From the IMG/VR virus record IMGVR_UViG_3300036771_000052, positions 1-64,000 of that record: 64,000 nucleotides of DNA; one strand, given 5' to 3'. Below are positions 38,618 to 48,670 of the stretch, one piece after another (position 1 is the stretch's first letter; the number at the start of each line of letters is the position of its first letter). Source of the stretch: a virus. Under the pieces are notes generated by a model. The model was not told the origin of the DNA and ran no database searches. It saw only the letters and a list, made by a program, of their open reading frames with translations. The translations under genes and the position numbers were made by a program.

Positions 38618-41518
38618 ATGGCTATCGCGTTCGTTTCCGTCGGCGCCGTCCCCACTAGCGGCAGCTTCGGCGCCGGTTCCGTTTCTTGTCCGTATCCTGC
38701 TAGTATTGTTGCTGGGGATATTCTGATCCTGTTCGCCGGGATGACTGGTGGCAGCGGAACATGGAACACCCCGTCGGGTTGGACGCTTCAACAAAAAAAT
38801 AACAACATTCTGTCCGATCTTGGTGTGGTGTGTTTCACCAAGGTCGCGTCGGGTAGCGAAACCGGCTCGTTAGTTGTTGGTAACGGTGGCACGGCTGGTG
38901 TTGAGCATGTGTGTATGCTGCTGTATAGCGGCCAAAACTCCACAACACCTATCGGTAACACCGCGCTCGCGGTCAGTACATCCACGAGTACCACATCTCC
39001 CACCCAGGGAACTGTTACACCTGGCGCCAGTGATGTGGTGGTCCGCTGTTACATGGTGGGACAAGTAACAGGTTCCACTACGGGTACGGTCACGTTCCCG
39101 ACCGGAACAACTTGGACATCGCGTCTCAACTTCTTCACAAAAACCTCCAGCCACGTAAACGTCGGCACTATCGTTGTCGATAAAACAGCTGGTACAGACA
39201 CCGAAACAGTTACGGCTAACTCGGCTGGCGCGTGGGGTGTCATCGACGTTGTTATCCAGTCGAGCCTCACAGTGTGGAACGCGGCGGCTTCTTTGGCCGC
39301 TACCGCCGGATTGTCCGCGAACGCGCATGACACACAACACCCGGCGGCGGCGTTCTCAGCGCATGGTGCGTTAGCCGCTACAGCGACGGATCACATTCCG
39401 GCTACAGCGTCGTTGTCGACGCATGCTGGATTGTCGGCTGCCGCGACCGACACTGTTTTCGGCGCTGTTTCGATGTCGGCGACAGCTGGGTTGTTGGCCA
39501 GTTCCGTTTCGCAGTTCGCGGGGTCGGCGTCGTTGTCCGCGTCGGCTTCGTTGTCGACGACAGCCAAAGACATCATTCCTGCTGCCGGGACGCTAGCGGC
39601 TAATGGTTCTTTGTCGGCGACACTAGAGGTTGTTGTCCCCGCCGCGGCGTCACTATCGGCGACTGCGGGGTTAATTTCAGCCGCCACGGTAACCGAGCTC
39701 CCACATGTGGCTCTGTCCACTACGGGGTCGCTATCGGCGACGCCGCGGGCGACCGTCCTACCATCGGCGGCGTTAACAGCCTCTACAGGTCTGTCGTCGT
39801 CGTCTATCGACGCCAGTCACGGAGTGGTCGCGGCTTCGGCTGTGACTGGGTTGTCGGCCGCCGCGAAGATCACCGAATTCCCAGCCGTCTCCTTCACCGC
39901 ATCAGGGTCTTTGACCGCCGCGGTACACGACGCCATCTACCCGATGGTGTCGCTGTCGGCGAACGCAATTATGTCCGTCCCGGCGGAAGACACCACCCTC
40001 CCCGATTCGACATTCACCGCCGCGGCTGGTCTGTCCGTCCTGGCGCATGTCACCGTGTTGGGTTCGGCGCATCTGTCCGCGACAGCGGGACTTACCGCTA
40101 GCGCTCACGCAAGTGTTGTGTCCGCAACAACGCTGTCGGCGACCACAACACTGTCGGCTTCACCTGTCGATACTGTTTCAGCGGCTGTTGTTTTGGCCGC
40201 GCATGGCGGGTTAACGGCGCAACCCACCGACCTCATCCACACGTCAGTAGCGTTCACCGTTTCCGCTGGGTTGACGGCGCACGCGGTTGACATTGTTTAT
40301 GCGGCGGCATCGTTGGCCGCCGCCGGAGGGTTCAGCTCCACCCCAACGGATTTGGCCACAGTTGGTCTGTCCGCTGTTGCTCATTTGTCCGCTGTTGCAG
40401 TCGACACTATCCACGCGGCTGTTTCCTTCACCGCAACAGGGTTGTTGACCGCGACCGGATTCGCCACCGTTCACGGCTTGTGCGCGATGGCCGCCGCAGC
40501 TACTGCGCATGCGTCTTGTCTTGTCAGAACACTCCCAACAGTCGGCTTAACCGCACACGCAGTATTGACGTCTTCCGCAAGGGACGTCACCTTCCCCGCA
40601 GTGGGGTTGTCGACGGCTGCGTCTTTGTTGGCGACGGCTGTTGATGTTGTTCGTCCGCATGTGGCGTTGTCGGCTTCGGCGAGTTTGTTGGCGTCAGCCA
40701 CCGATTCCGTCGGCGGCGCCGTCCACCTAGCGTCAACCGCAACACTCACCGCTAACGCGGTTTCCACTGTTCGACCCGCAACTGTTCTGTCGGCGACCGC
40801 GAACCTCACAGATCGAGCGGTCGACACCACCCGTCCAACTGTGGGGTTGACTGCGTCTGCCGGTTTAGCGGCGACCGCGGAACTCGCTCTCCCCGTCCAT
40901 GCTGTTCTTACCGCATCGGCTGGTTTGGCAACTGTCGCGGTGGATCACATCCTGCCGACGGCTACATTGCTGGCCACCGCCGGGTTGATCGCACACCCAA
41001 TTGTTCGGGTGTTCCCGGCGGTGTTTCTCGCCGCGGCCTCATCTTTTGCTGTTGGGATGGATGTTTCGGTCCCGGCGGCTGTGGTGGCCGCCGCGACCGC
41101 CGCATTGGATGTGACCGCGACACTCGAAGCGGTCAACAGCATCCACATGGCGGCGGGTACTTCATTCACCGCCGAAATGCGGGTGATCGCGGTAGCCGGC
41201 GCCACACTCGCCGCTCAAACCAACATCACCGCGAACCCGCAACTGGATCATTACCCAGTTGCGGTGTTGGGTGCGTTCGCTGCGTTAACCGCAACAGGTC
41301 ATATCCGGTTGTGGGAAGCGTTCTGCAATACACCGCATGTGGTGGCGGGGGTTATCGCGGCGCAGGCAATCGCATTGGCCGTTGTCCGAGCCGCATACGG
41401 CAACCCGGTTGGTGTGACAACCGCCGAGAACGGAACCCCGGTGATACCGGTTCGCGCAGCCACCGGGGTTCCATTGGCTGCCACGGATTCCGGTTCGCCA
41501 TCTCGCGTAGTGCATTAG
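38618..41518 (+). CDS. Long fibre protein with ~20-aa Ala-rich repeats
   Basis: N-terminal globular domain, then more than 30 units like PAAASLSATAGLISAATVTE. Confidence 0.75.
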   Translation: MAIAFVSVGAVPTSGSFGAGSVSCPYPASIVAGDILILFAGMTGGSGTWNTPSGWTLQQKNNNILSDLGVVCFTKVASGSETGSLVVGNGGTAGVEHVCMLLYSGQNSTTPIGNTALAVSTSTSTTSPTQGTVTPGASDVVVRCYMVGQVTGSTTGTVTFPTGTTWTSRLNFFTKTSSHVNVGTIVVDKTAGTDTETVTANSAGAWGVIDVVIQSSLTVWNAAASLAATAGLSANAHDTQHPAAAFSAHGALAATATDHIPATASLSTHAGLSAAATDTVFGAVSMSATAGLLASSVSQFAGSASLSASASLSTTAKDIIPAAGTLAANGSLSATLEVVVPAAASLSATAGLISAATVTELPHVALSTTGSLSATPRATVLPSAALTASTGLSSSSIDASHGVVAASAVTGLSAAAKITEFPAVSFTASGSLTAAVHDAIYPMVSLSANAIMSVPAEDTTLPDSTFTAAAGLSVLAHVTVLGSAHLSATAGLTASAHASVVSATTLSATTTLSASPVDTVSAAVVLAAHGGLTAQPTDLIHTSVAFTVSAGLTAHAVDIVYAAASLAAAGGFSSTPTDLATVGLSAVAHLSAVAVDTIHAAVSFTATGLLTATGFATVHGLCAMAAAATAHASCLVRTLPTVGLTAHAVLTSSARDVTFPAVGLSTAASLLATAVDVVRPHVALSASASLLASATDSVGGAVHLASTATLTANAVSTVRPATVLSATANLTDRAVDTTRPTVGLTASAGLAATAELALPVHAVLTASAGLATVAVDHILPTATLLATAGLIAHPIVRVFPAVFLAAASSFAVGMDVSVPAAVVAAATAALDVTATLEAVNSIHMAAGTSFTAEMRVIAVAGATLAAQTNITANPQLDHYPVAVLGAFAALTATGHIRLWEAFCNTPHVVAGVIAAQAIALAVVRAAYGNPVGVTTAENGTPVIPVRAATGVPLAATDSGSPSRVVH

Positions 41519-41527
41519 GAGCTATTT

Positions 41528-42673
41528 GTGTCATACCCAACTGACCCGGTACCGAATTGGCAGGACTCTCCGTCTGCGGCGACACCGCTCGATGCCGCTA
41601 ATTTGAATGAAGACAGCACCGCAATCCAGCAGTTGCAAACGTATGTGACGACGTTGCAGCCGCAGATTCCGTTCACGGGTGTTCAAACAGCTAGTACTGT
41701 CACCGCCACGGCGAACACGTATGTGTTGGTGTCGACTGCATCGAATGCGGTGACGGTGAGTATGCCGGTTGCGCCGCCGAACTTCACTATCGTTGGTATT
41801 AAGATGGTCGCGCAGGCCGGTACTAATATGGTGACCGCGCAGCTGGGTGGGTCGGACCATTTTGATACTGCAACTGGTTCGACGACCGCGACGTTGAAGT
41901 TGCTCGGCGCGGCTGGGATTTGGCAGTACAGCTCGTCCACCGCTGTGTGGGTGCGTATCTCGGATGATTTGCCGTTAGGCCAGCTGGATTTGCGGTATGT
42001 GAACTCGGTGACCGCCGCGGATTCGTCGATCACGGTCGCCGGAACAACGGTCGCTCCGACGGTGAAAGTCGCGCAAGCTAACTTGACGCTCGCCGAATCA
42101 CAGATCACCGGTCTCGTCGCTAACCTGAATCAAACTAATCAGGGTGGTGGTGTGTGGGGTTCAAACACGTACGGCAACCAGATGTCTAACATCGGGATCG
42201 ACGACGCCACCGGCACCTACCTTATGGTTACCGCGTCTAGAACATTGTTGATGCTGATCGGTCTAGCGCCGGCCGCGACGTATTCCACATTCAAACTGTA
42301 TGTCACCAATGCTGCGGCGTCGAGTACCTTGACCGCTGCGTTGTACAGTTCTAGCACGCTCACGAACACGTCGTGGTCTCGTCTCGGTTCCGGGAACATC
42401 ACCCCGGTCATCACAGCAAACGGGTTGGTGTCGACAGCTATCTCGTTCACCCTCGCTTCCCCCGCATATGTGGTGGCGGAAATGGTTCTGACGACTGCCA
42501 CCAACTTCCCCACCTTCGCGGCGTCCGCTTCGGGTACGGCGGGTTTGTTGAATCCATCTTCGGGGTGTCCGGTGGCGGCCAACTTGAACGCGTCGTCCGC
42601 GCCCGCGGCAACTTTGAACCCGACGACTGGTTTCACAAATATGGCTCAGAAGGTTTGGTGCGCGCTCGCTTAA
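41528..42673 (+). CDS. Tail fibre / receptor-binding protein
   Basis: WQDSPSAATPLDAANLN N-terminus; beta-rich domains. Confidence 0.7.
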   Translation: MSYPTDPVPNWQDSPSAATPLDAANLNEDSTAIQQLQTYVTTLQPQIPFTGVQTASTVTATANTYVLVSTASNAVTVSMPVAPPNFTIVGIKMVAQAGTNMVTAQLGGSDHFDTATGSTTATLKLLGAAGIWQYSSSTAVWVRISDDLPLGQLDLRYVNSVTAADSSITVAGTTVAPTVKVAQANLTLAESQITGLVANLNQTNQGGGVWGSNTYGNQMSNIGIDDATGTYLMVTASRTLLMLIGLAPAATYSTFKLYVTNAAASSTLTAALYSSSTLTNTSWSRLGSGNITPVITANGLVSTAISFTLASPAYVVAEMVLTTATNFPTFAASASGTAGLLNPSSGCPVAANLNASSAPAATLNPTTGFTNMAQKVWCALA

Positions 42674-42712
42674 CCATTATTTCAATCTATTCGAATTTTT
42701 GCTAGGACGGCG

Positions 42713-43519
42713 ATGAGTCTCCCCGAGAATGTGAATGTCGTCCGGGTCCGCGGCTACTGGCTCGACCAATCAGGTCAAGGTACGACACGTTCAATTAACT
42801 TCCAGCCTCTGCCATGCGACCTGGTCACCGACAGCGGCGCGTTCGCCTACATTTCCACCACAAACACCAGAATCGTACCCGACCCAACAACCGGGTACTT
42901 CTACGCCGATTTGATCGCCACGAACGACCCGGACTTGACCCCGTTCACATGGAAAGTGACATTACAGGGTCAGCCGCCGTTCACCATCGAAGTCGACTAC
43001 CAATCACCAACCGTTGACGTCGGTGACGGTGTGATGATGCAGGCGGTGTGGCTAGTGGACGCCGCCACCACAACAGTCCCACAACCAATTAGTTCTTATT
43101 ACACCAAAACACAAACAGACGCCGCGATCGCCACCGCTATCGACGGAATAACCCTAGGCGCAGCCACCTCACTCACGACAACCGCCGTCGCGGCTGCCGC
43201 ATTGTCGGGACACCAAATCGTCACCCCCGCCGCAAACGGGACCGTGAACTACGCCGACAACACTTCGACACCCTCGGGTGCGCCACTGTGGATGACCACC
43301 GCAGCCGTAACACAAGGCACCAGCGCAACCGTCCTCACCGCCGGACCGTGGACCGAACCGTCATGGACGTGGACACCCGGACCGATCTACCTCGGCGCCG
43401 CCGGCGTAATCACCCAGACCGTCCCGACAGCGCCAGCGTTCCTGGCTCAGATCGGCTATGCCACCACCCCCACGTCGATTGTGCTCGACCGGTGGCCATC
43501 AATCATCCTCGCCTCATAA
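42713..43519 (+). CDS. Minor virion protein (fibre anchor plus DUF2190-like domain)
   Basis: LIATNDPDLTP..W; YYTKTQTD linker; WTWTPGPIYLGAAG. Confidence 0.65.
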   Translation: MSLPENVNVVRVRGYWLDQSGQGTTRSINFQPLPCDLVTDSGAFAYISTTNTRIVPDPTTGYFYADLIATNDPDLTPFTWKVTLQGQPPFTIEVDYQSPTVDVGDGVMMQAVWLVDAATTTVPQPISSYYTKTQTDAAIATAIDGITLGAATSLTTTAVAAAALSGHQIVTPAANGTVNYADNTSTPSGAPLWMTTAAVTQGTSATVLTAGPWTEPSWTWTPGPIYLGAAGVITQTVPTAPAFLAQIGYATTPTSIVLDRWPSIILAS

Positions 43520-43531
43520 GGGAGAGCTTTC

Positions 43532-44044
43532 ATGGCTGGAAACAAATACCTCTCGAATAACGCCGGCACGATCACAGAAGTGCACGGGACTCAGGTGTCG
43601 GCTGGTGGCGCGAACGCCAACCAGATTCCCGCGTTGAACGCGAGCGGTGTGTTCGACACCTCGCTGCTACCTACCGGAATTGGCGCAGATACCGCTCAGA
43701 TCGTCGCTAGCGAAGCTCTCTCGGCTGGTGCGTTCGTGAACGTGTGGAACAACAGCAGCGCGTTCAATGTCCGCAACGCCGACGGTTCAACCTCCGGCAA
43801 GGAGGCACACGGGTTCGTCTTGGCCGCAGTCAGTTCAAGTGGTACCGCCACGGTTTATTTCGCCGGCACCAACAACGCTGTTACCGGTGTCACTGCGGGT
43901 GTGCAGTACCTGTCGTCGTCCGCGGTGGGGGGGTTTAGCTCCACCGCGCCGTCGGGTTCGGGTCAGACTGTGCAACGTCTCGGCGTTGGTACCACTTCCA
44001 CGGCGATTGATTTCAATCGGCAAACCCCGATCGTTCTCGCATGA
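43532..44044 (+). CDS. Minor virion protein (capsid-cement-like)
   Basis: ASEALSAGAFVNVW...AHGFVLAAV...QRLG. Confidence 0.65.
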   Translation: MAGNKYLSNNAGTITEVHGTQVSAGGANANQIPALNASGVFDTSLLPTGIGADTAQIVASEALSAGAFVNVWNNSSAFNVRNADGSTSGKEAHGFVLAAVSSSGTATVYFAGTNNAVTGVTAGVQYLSSSAVGGFSSTAPSGSGQTVQRLGVGTTSTAIDFNRQTPIVLA

Positions 44045-45258
44045 CGACGCGTCGGCCACTGTATCTCAACGCTGGCCAGATACAGCAAATCGTTGATGGC
44101 GACACGCTGCCGAGCGGGATCACAACAAATTTATCGCCAGCTCTAACCCCCACCGCAACGAAGACATCCGCGTATACGGCTGTTGCGGGTGATCTAGTGG
44201 TGTGCAATACCGCTAGCGGCGGATTCACCGTCACTATGCCGGCGGCTGCGGCCGGGACAGTGATCGCGGTTCGAAAGGACGATACCAGCGCTAACACGGT
44301 CACGATCTCCCCTAATGGTGGTGACGTGTTCGGTGCCGTTAACACGGTTAGTTCTCTGACGTTGGATGTGGCTCGTCAGGTTGTCACGTTGGTGGGGGTG
44401 TCGGGGGGATGGATTCTTTCCGGCGGAATTCCGACCCCGCGGACTTTGCCAGATGTGCAGATTTTCACCAGCAGCGGGACCTGGACTAAGCCACCGGGTG
44501 CTACAACGACCAATGTCATCATAGTTCCCCCCGGTGGCGGCGGCGGTTCCGGACCTCGGCTCGCTTCCGGTACCGCCAGTTCGGGCGGCGCGAGCGGCGG
44601 CTGCGGCGGATGGACGATAGGAACATTCCGAACCGCCGATCTCGGCGCTACCGAATCAGTCACAGTCGGCGCAGCAGGCACCGGTGGTGCCGCTGTCACT
44701 GCTGACAGCACCAACGGCAATGCGGGAGGCAGCGGGGGCACCTGCCTGTTTGGCACCCCGACCAAGATGCGCGCCAGCGGCGGCTCCGGCGGTGGCGGCG
44801 GTGGTACTACAACCTCCGTAGCTGGTGGTGTCACTTCAGGCGCCTTTCTTCTGGGCGGCAACGGCGCTACATGCACGGCTGGCGGTGTCGGCGCCAACGG
44901 CGTAGCCGTCAACTCTGGCGCGACGAGTGGGGGCGCCGGCGGCGGCATTACTTCTGGCGGTACTGCGCAGGCCGGAGGAACGGCCGGGTTCGCGCTCCAG
45001 ATCGGACAAGCCGGTGGCGCCGGTGGTGGTGCTGGTGGCGGCACTGGTGTCGCTGGGGCTGGCACCGTGACGAACTGTCCCTGCGGCGGCGCTGGTGGTG
45101 GTGGTGGTGGTGCCAACACCGCTGGTGCGGGCGGCGCAGGTGGTGCGGGTGGCATCTACGGCTCCGGCGGTGGCGGCGGCGGTGCGTCGCTGAATGGAAG
45201 CAACTCCGGCGCGGGCGGTAACGGCGCTGCCGGCATCTGCATCGTCTTCAGCAATTAG
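44041..45258 (+). CDS. Glycine-rich tail fibre protein
   Basis: FTSSGTWTKPPG followed by poly-Gly repeats. Confidence 0.8.
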   Translation: MTTRRPLYLNAGQIQQIVDGDTLPSGITTNLSPALTPTATKTSAYTAVAGDLVVCNTASGGFTVTMPAAAAGTVIAVRKDDTSANTVTISPNGGDVFGAVNTVSSLTLDVARQVVTLVGVSGGWILSGGIPTPRTLPDVQIFTSSGTWTKPPGATTTNVIIVPPGGGGGSGPRLASGTASSGGASGGCGGWTIGTFRTADLGATESVTVGAAGTGGAAVTADSTNGNAGGSGGTCLFGTPTKMRASGGSGGGGGGTTTSVAGGVTSGAFLLGGNGATCTAGGVGANGVAVNSGATSGGAGGGITSGGTAQAGGTAGFALQIGQAGGAGGGAGGGTGVAGAGTVTNCPCGGAGGGGGGANTAGAGGAGGAGGIYGSGGGGGGASLNGSNSGAGGNGAAGICIVFSN

Positions 45259-45269
45259 TGGGGTAAATC

Positions 45270-45620
45270 GTGGCTGTTTATGTACTTGTATCTACCGATC
45301 CAACGAATCTCGTCATTGTTGAGGGACCGATTGTGTGGGACGGCCAAACCCCCTATCAGTTGCCGCCGAATACTCAGGCGATGTTGGCGTCGACCGCGTT
45401 GGCGGCTGGTTACACCTATCCGCCACCGGATGTCGGCACCGCAAACATGCTCGCGTTGCAGCAGAAGGCGTTGAACGCGTTGACGTCCAACGCAACGTAT
45501 TTGGGTATTGGCAGTCCTACGACCGCTCAGGCGGTTGCGCAGGTGGCGAGTTTGACTCGGCAGGTTAATGCGTTGATTCGGTTGCAGGTGGGTGTGTTGG
45601 ATTCGACGTCTGGGACGTGA
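45270..45620 (+). CDS. Fibre assembly chaperone-like protein
   Basis: Follows the Gly-rich fibre; QVASLTRQVNALIRL. Confidence 0.55.
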   Translation: MAVYVLVSTDPTNLVIVEGPIVWDGQTPYQLPPNTQAMLASTALAAGYTYPPPDVGTANMLALQQKALNALTSNATYLGIGSPTTAQAVAQVASLTRQVNALIRLQVGVLDSTSGT

Positions 45621-45650
45621 TCTCCGGCTGAGTTTTTTCGGAGGGAGTCA

Positions 45651-46049
45651 ATGCCGAATCGACCTGAGTTGACCTCCAGTCGAATGTGGTATGCCGGGTT
45701 GTGGCGCATCGTATTAGGCGCCATCGATTCTCTCTACGGCGGCATCATCCTCTCCGGAGCACACGCGAACAGCGCCTACCAGCAAATCCTTGAACGGGTG
45801 TGTCCGCTGCAACTTTTCGCGGCGGTCTTGGTGATTGTTGGGTCGCTCCTCATTTCCCGAACTTTGAAGTGGGGTGGGGTGATGGGTGCGGCGGTGTGGA
45901 TGTCTTTCGGGATGGCGTCTTTGGTGACGGTGTTCCAACATACTGCGGAGTCTGATACGGGTCCGGTGTTGCTGATTGGGTTCGCCATTCTCCATTTGTT
46001 GATCACTTATGGCGCTGCTGCTGGTTTGGCGGCGAAGAAAAAAGAGTAA
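45651..46049 (+). CDS. Multi-TM membrane protein (lysis region)
   Basis: About 4 hydrophobic segments. Confidence 0.65.
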   Translation: MPNRPELTSSRMWYAGLWRIVLGAIDSLYGGIILSGAHANSAYQQILERVCPLQLFAAVLVIVGSLLISRTLKWGGVMGAAVWMSFGMASLVTVFQHTAESDTGPVLLIGFAILHLLITYGAAAGLAAKKKE

Positions 46050-46058
46050 GGGACGCTG

Positions 46059-46424
46059 GTGCCACCTGGAATCAATATCCCAACCAGTGGACCGCTCGCA
46101 TGGATCGTTGTTGTCACGTCGCTCCTTATCGCGTTCGCTCCGCTGATTGTAGCTCATTTCAAAAAACCTGATGCTCATGTTGTGTTGCCGGTGACGGCGG
46201 CGCAACCACAGCTCGACGCGGGTAATGCGTTACTCGCAACCCTGGTGGCTAATTTGGAGAAGCGGACGTCGGCGGCGGAGGACCGAGCCAACGACTATAT
46301 TGGGATAAATAATGAGCTGCGGGAACGTTTAGCTCGCGCGGAGTCTGAGATCGCCGCGTTGAAGAGTGAGATTGCTGTGTTGACCGCTCGTCTTATGGAG
46401 CGAGGAAGGCGTCGGGATGAGTGA
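46059..46424 (+). CDS. TM + coiled-coil protein (lysis accessory)
   Basis: N-terminal TM, heptad C-terminus. Confidence 0.65.
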   Translation: MPPGINIPTSGPLAWIVVVTSLLIAFAPLIVAHFKKPDAHVVLPVTAAQPQLDAGNALLATLVANLEKRTSAAEDRANDYIGINNELRERLARAESEIAALKSEIAVLTARLMERGRRRDE

Positions 46425-46947
46425 CGCTAAGGAACCGCTGGAGCTTCACGAGGATTCCCCACCTGCTGATGTCGCCGCGAAAATCGGTGAGCTTTACGCC
46501 GAGGTTGTTCAGAAGATGGTGGAGGAAGCTCCGGCGGTTGCGAAGTTGGAGGCGAAGATTGAGGCCACCAGGATTGTTCGGCGTTGGTATTTGATGGCGG
46601 TGTTGGCGGCGGCGATCGTGTCTCTCACAGTGTCGGCGATGGCGTTGAATATTATTTTGTCTACGCGTACTCAGCAGGCGGCGTGGCATGCCGTTTTCGA
46701 GGCGCGGCAGCAAAACTTCACCAGCGATAAGCAGAAGTTGGCGATGTTGAATGACACGTTGAAAGCGGAGGGGAAAGCGCAGGTCCCGGAGCCGCAAACC
46801 CCTCTGGATGCCACCGCGGCTGTGTCGTTGGCTACTGTGTTGTTGCGGAATGGTCCGGTGTGTCCGGACGCCTCGACGGTGCAGAAGGTTACTTATTCGA
46901 GTGGGGTCACGGGTTGGGGTTGTGTGAACGTACCCCCGAAGCGTTAG
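46417..46947 (+). CDS. Single-TM membrane protein
   Basis: Central TM; C-terminal Cys pair. Confidence 0.6.
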   Translation: MSDAKEPLELHEDSPPADVAAKIGELYAEVVQKMVEEAPAVAKLEAKIEATRIVRRWYLMAVLAAAIVSLTVSAMALNIILSTRTQQAAWHAVFEARQQNFTSDKQKLAMLNDTLKAEGKAQVPEPQTPLDATAAVSLATVLLRNGPVCPDASTVQKVTYSSGVTGWGCVNVPPKR

Positions 46948-47006
46948 AAGCGTTATATAGTTTTGGTGACGAGAAATTCTCGGTCCCCGATAGGAAGGTT
47001 CCACAA

Positions 47007-47192
47007 ATGCGGCTTCTGGTCGCGGCGGTTCTGGCCGTCGGTGCTCTCGGCGTCGGCGCCGGCAGCGCAACAGCGCATGATTTCCACCGTCATCACCATC
47101 ATTTGGGGTGGCGGCTTGGTGAGGTTGTGCATCATCCGTTCCACCTGTTCCATCCGGATCATCCGGGATTTCATCATGGAGGACATCACTAA
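47007..47192 (+). CDS. Secreted His-rich peptide (61 aa)
   Basis: AGGAAGG RBS; signal peptide ending ATA; 15 His in the 38-aa mature part; TAATG coupling to the next gene. Confidence 0.7.
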   Translation: MRLLVAAVLAVGALGVGAGSATAHDFHRHHHHLGWRLGEVVHHPFHLFHPDHPGFHHGGHH

Positions 47193-48094
47193 TGCGTAAG
47201 GTTTTGTTCGCCGTCCTCGCCATCGTGGTGAGTTTCGGCTTGTCTACGGGTGCGGCGTTCGCGTCGACACCAACCCAAGGCGTCGACTGTTCTACTGGTC
47301 AGAGCGGCCTGGTGAATTTGGGTACAACAACGTGTACTAACACGTCAACCGCTACTGGTTTGACTGGTTTGTTGCCGTCGGTAACTAATCTGTTGGGGGT
47401 TCGCCATCGGCCACGCTGGCCATATCCTGGGTTGCCAGCAGGTTTCCCGTCGTTGTATGACGGGAATCTTCTTCCGCTGTCCGAGCTGGGTTTGACTGGT
47501 GTAAACCAGGATCTAGACGTCTGCGCTTACGGCAATTACAACGCGCTCGACCAGTACGGTCTGAGGACGTATGGCGGTCGTTGGCGTGGTGTCGAGTCAC
47601 GTTGGTTCGCGGTTCAACGCGCTGAGCGCATGGCGGCGTTGCGCGCCGCGGCTGGCTGTGGGAGTACCGCGGTGATTCCGTGGCAGCTCCGTGGGAACGA
47701 ACTGAACCTCGGCTACTACGGCGGTTCCGGTTTCTACAATGTGTGCGAGTCGCCAACGTTCGACGGTTTCCAAGGTGTGTTGCGTCCACGTCTGCGTGGC
47801 GCTTGGCCAGGTTTCGAACGCCACTATTTGGGTGGTTCCCGTGAGGCGTGGCTGAATTCGTTCCGTCAGCTTCATGAGCAGGCGGGTTGTAGTCCGTCGG
47901 TGGTGGTGGTTCCCGGCGCCACCTACGAGCAGCCGCTCATTGAGCAGCCGCAGGTGATCGAACAGCCACAGGTTATCCAGCAGTCGGCTCCGTGTGGGTG
48001 TGCTCCCGTTAGCGCTCCGCCGGTTGTTCAACCTGAGGGTGTTCCGGGTGCGGGGAATTCTGGTTTGGCTCCGGATGCGGTGAGGGTTAACTAA
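47192..48094 (+). CDS. Secreted protein, putative class F sortase substrate
   Basis: Signal peptide ending AFA; two Cys-paired internal repeats; EQPQVI linker; C-terminal PEGVPGAGNSG. Confidence 0.7.
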   Translation: MRKVLFAVLAIVVSFGLSTGAAFASTPTQGVDCSTGQSGLVNLGTTTCTNTSTATGLTGLLPSVTNLLGVRHRPRWPYPGLPAGFPSLYDGNLLPLSELGLTGVNQDLDVCAYGNYNALDQYGLRTYGGRWRGVESRWFAVQRAERMAALRAAAGCGSTAVIPWQLRGNELNLGYYGGSGFYNVCESPTFDGFQGVLRPRLRGAWPGFERHYLGGSREAWLNSFRQLHEQAGCSPSVVVVPGATYEQPLIEQPQVIEQPQVIQQSAPCGCAPVSAPPVVQPEGVPGAGNSGLAPDAVRVN

Positions 48095-48670
48095 ATGCTG
48101 CGGGTCCTTCTTTCGGGACTCGCCGCGCTGGTCGGGGTGTCGATGACGTGGTGCGACCCCCCGGCCTCCCTCGCCGATATGAGTGTGTATCCGACGGGGA
48201 TTCACATCCCCGCTATCGGTGTTGATGGGAATCAACTTATCCCGTTGGGTTTAGCGAAGGACCGCACACTTCAAACCCCACCGTTGTCCACACCACAGAT
48301 TGGTGGCTGGTACACGGGAGCATCAGTCCCGGGTGATCCGGGAACTGCGATAATCATTTCCCACGTGGACGGGGACGGGAAGAAGGGTTTGTTTTACGAT
48401 CTTTCCCGGGTTCAGGTGGGGGACGAGATTTCGGTTGACCGGTCTGATGGTCATATGGCTGTTTTCACGGTCACTAAGGTGGGGTTGTTTTGCAAGGAGA
48501 GAGCCGCGTGTCCCCGGGGGAAGAAAGTTTTTCCTTCCGCGGAGTTTTACTCCACGCAGTCTGAACCGCAACTTCATTTGGAAACTTGTGGTGGCAGGTT
48601 TGATGCGAAAGACAAAAACTATTTGGACGCGTTCGTGGTGTTCTCGACATTGACTGCGAGTTTCGGATGA
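48095..48670 (+). CDS. Class F sortase
   Basis: IHIPAIGV, GWY...PGDPGTAIIISHVD, LFYDL, LHLETCGG. Confidence 0.9.
   Translation: MLRVLLSGLAALVGVSMTWCDPPASLADMSVYPTGIHIPAIGVDGNQLIPLGLAKDRTLQTPPLSTPQIGGWYTGASVPGDPGTAIIISHVDGDGKKGLFYDLSRVQVGDEISVDRSDGHMAVFTVTKVGLFCKERAACPRGKKVFPSAEFYSTQSEPQLHLETCGGRFDAKDKNYLDAFVVFSTLTASFG

Noticed and set aside
44376-45155. Pro-rich 259-aa minus-strand ORF and similar antisense ORFs across the virion operon
   Set aside because: Shadow frames of Gly/Ala-rich, GC-rich sense genes
38618-45258. Diversity-generating retroelement or invertible fibre cassette
   Set aside because: No reverse transcriptase, invertase or TR/VR repeat pair seen in the window
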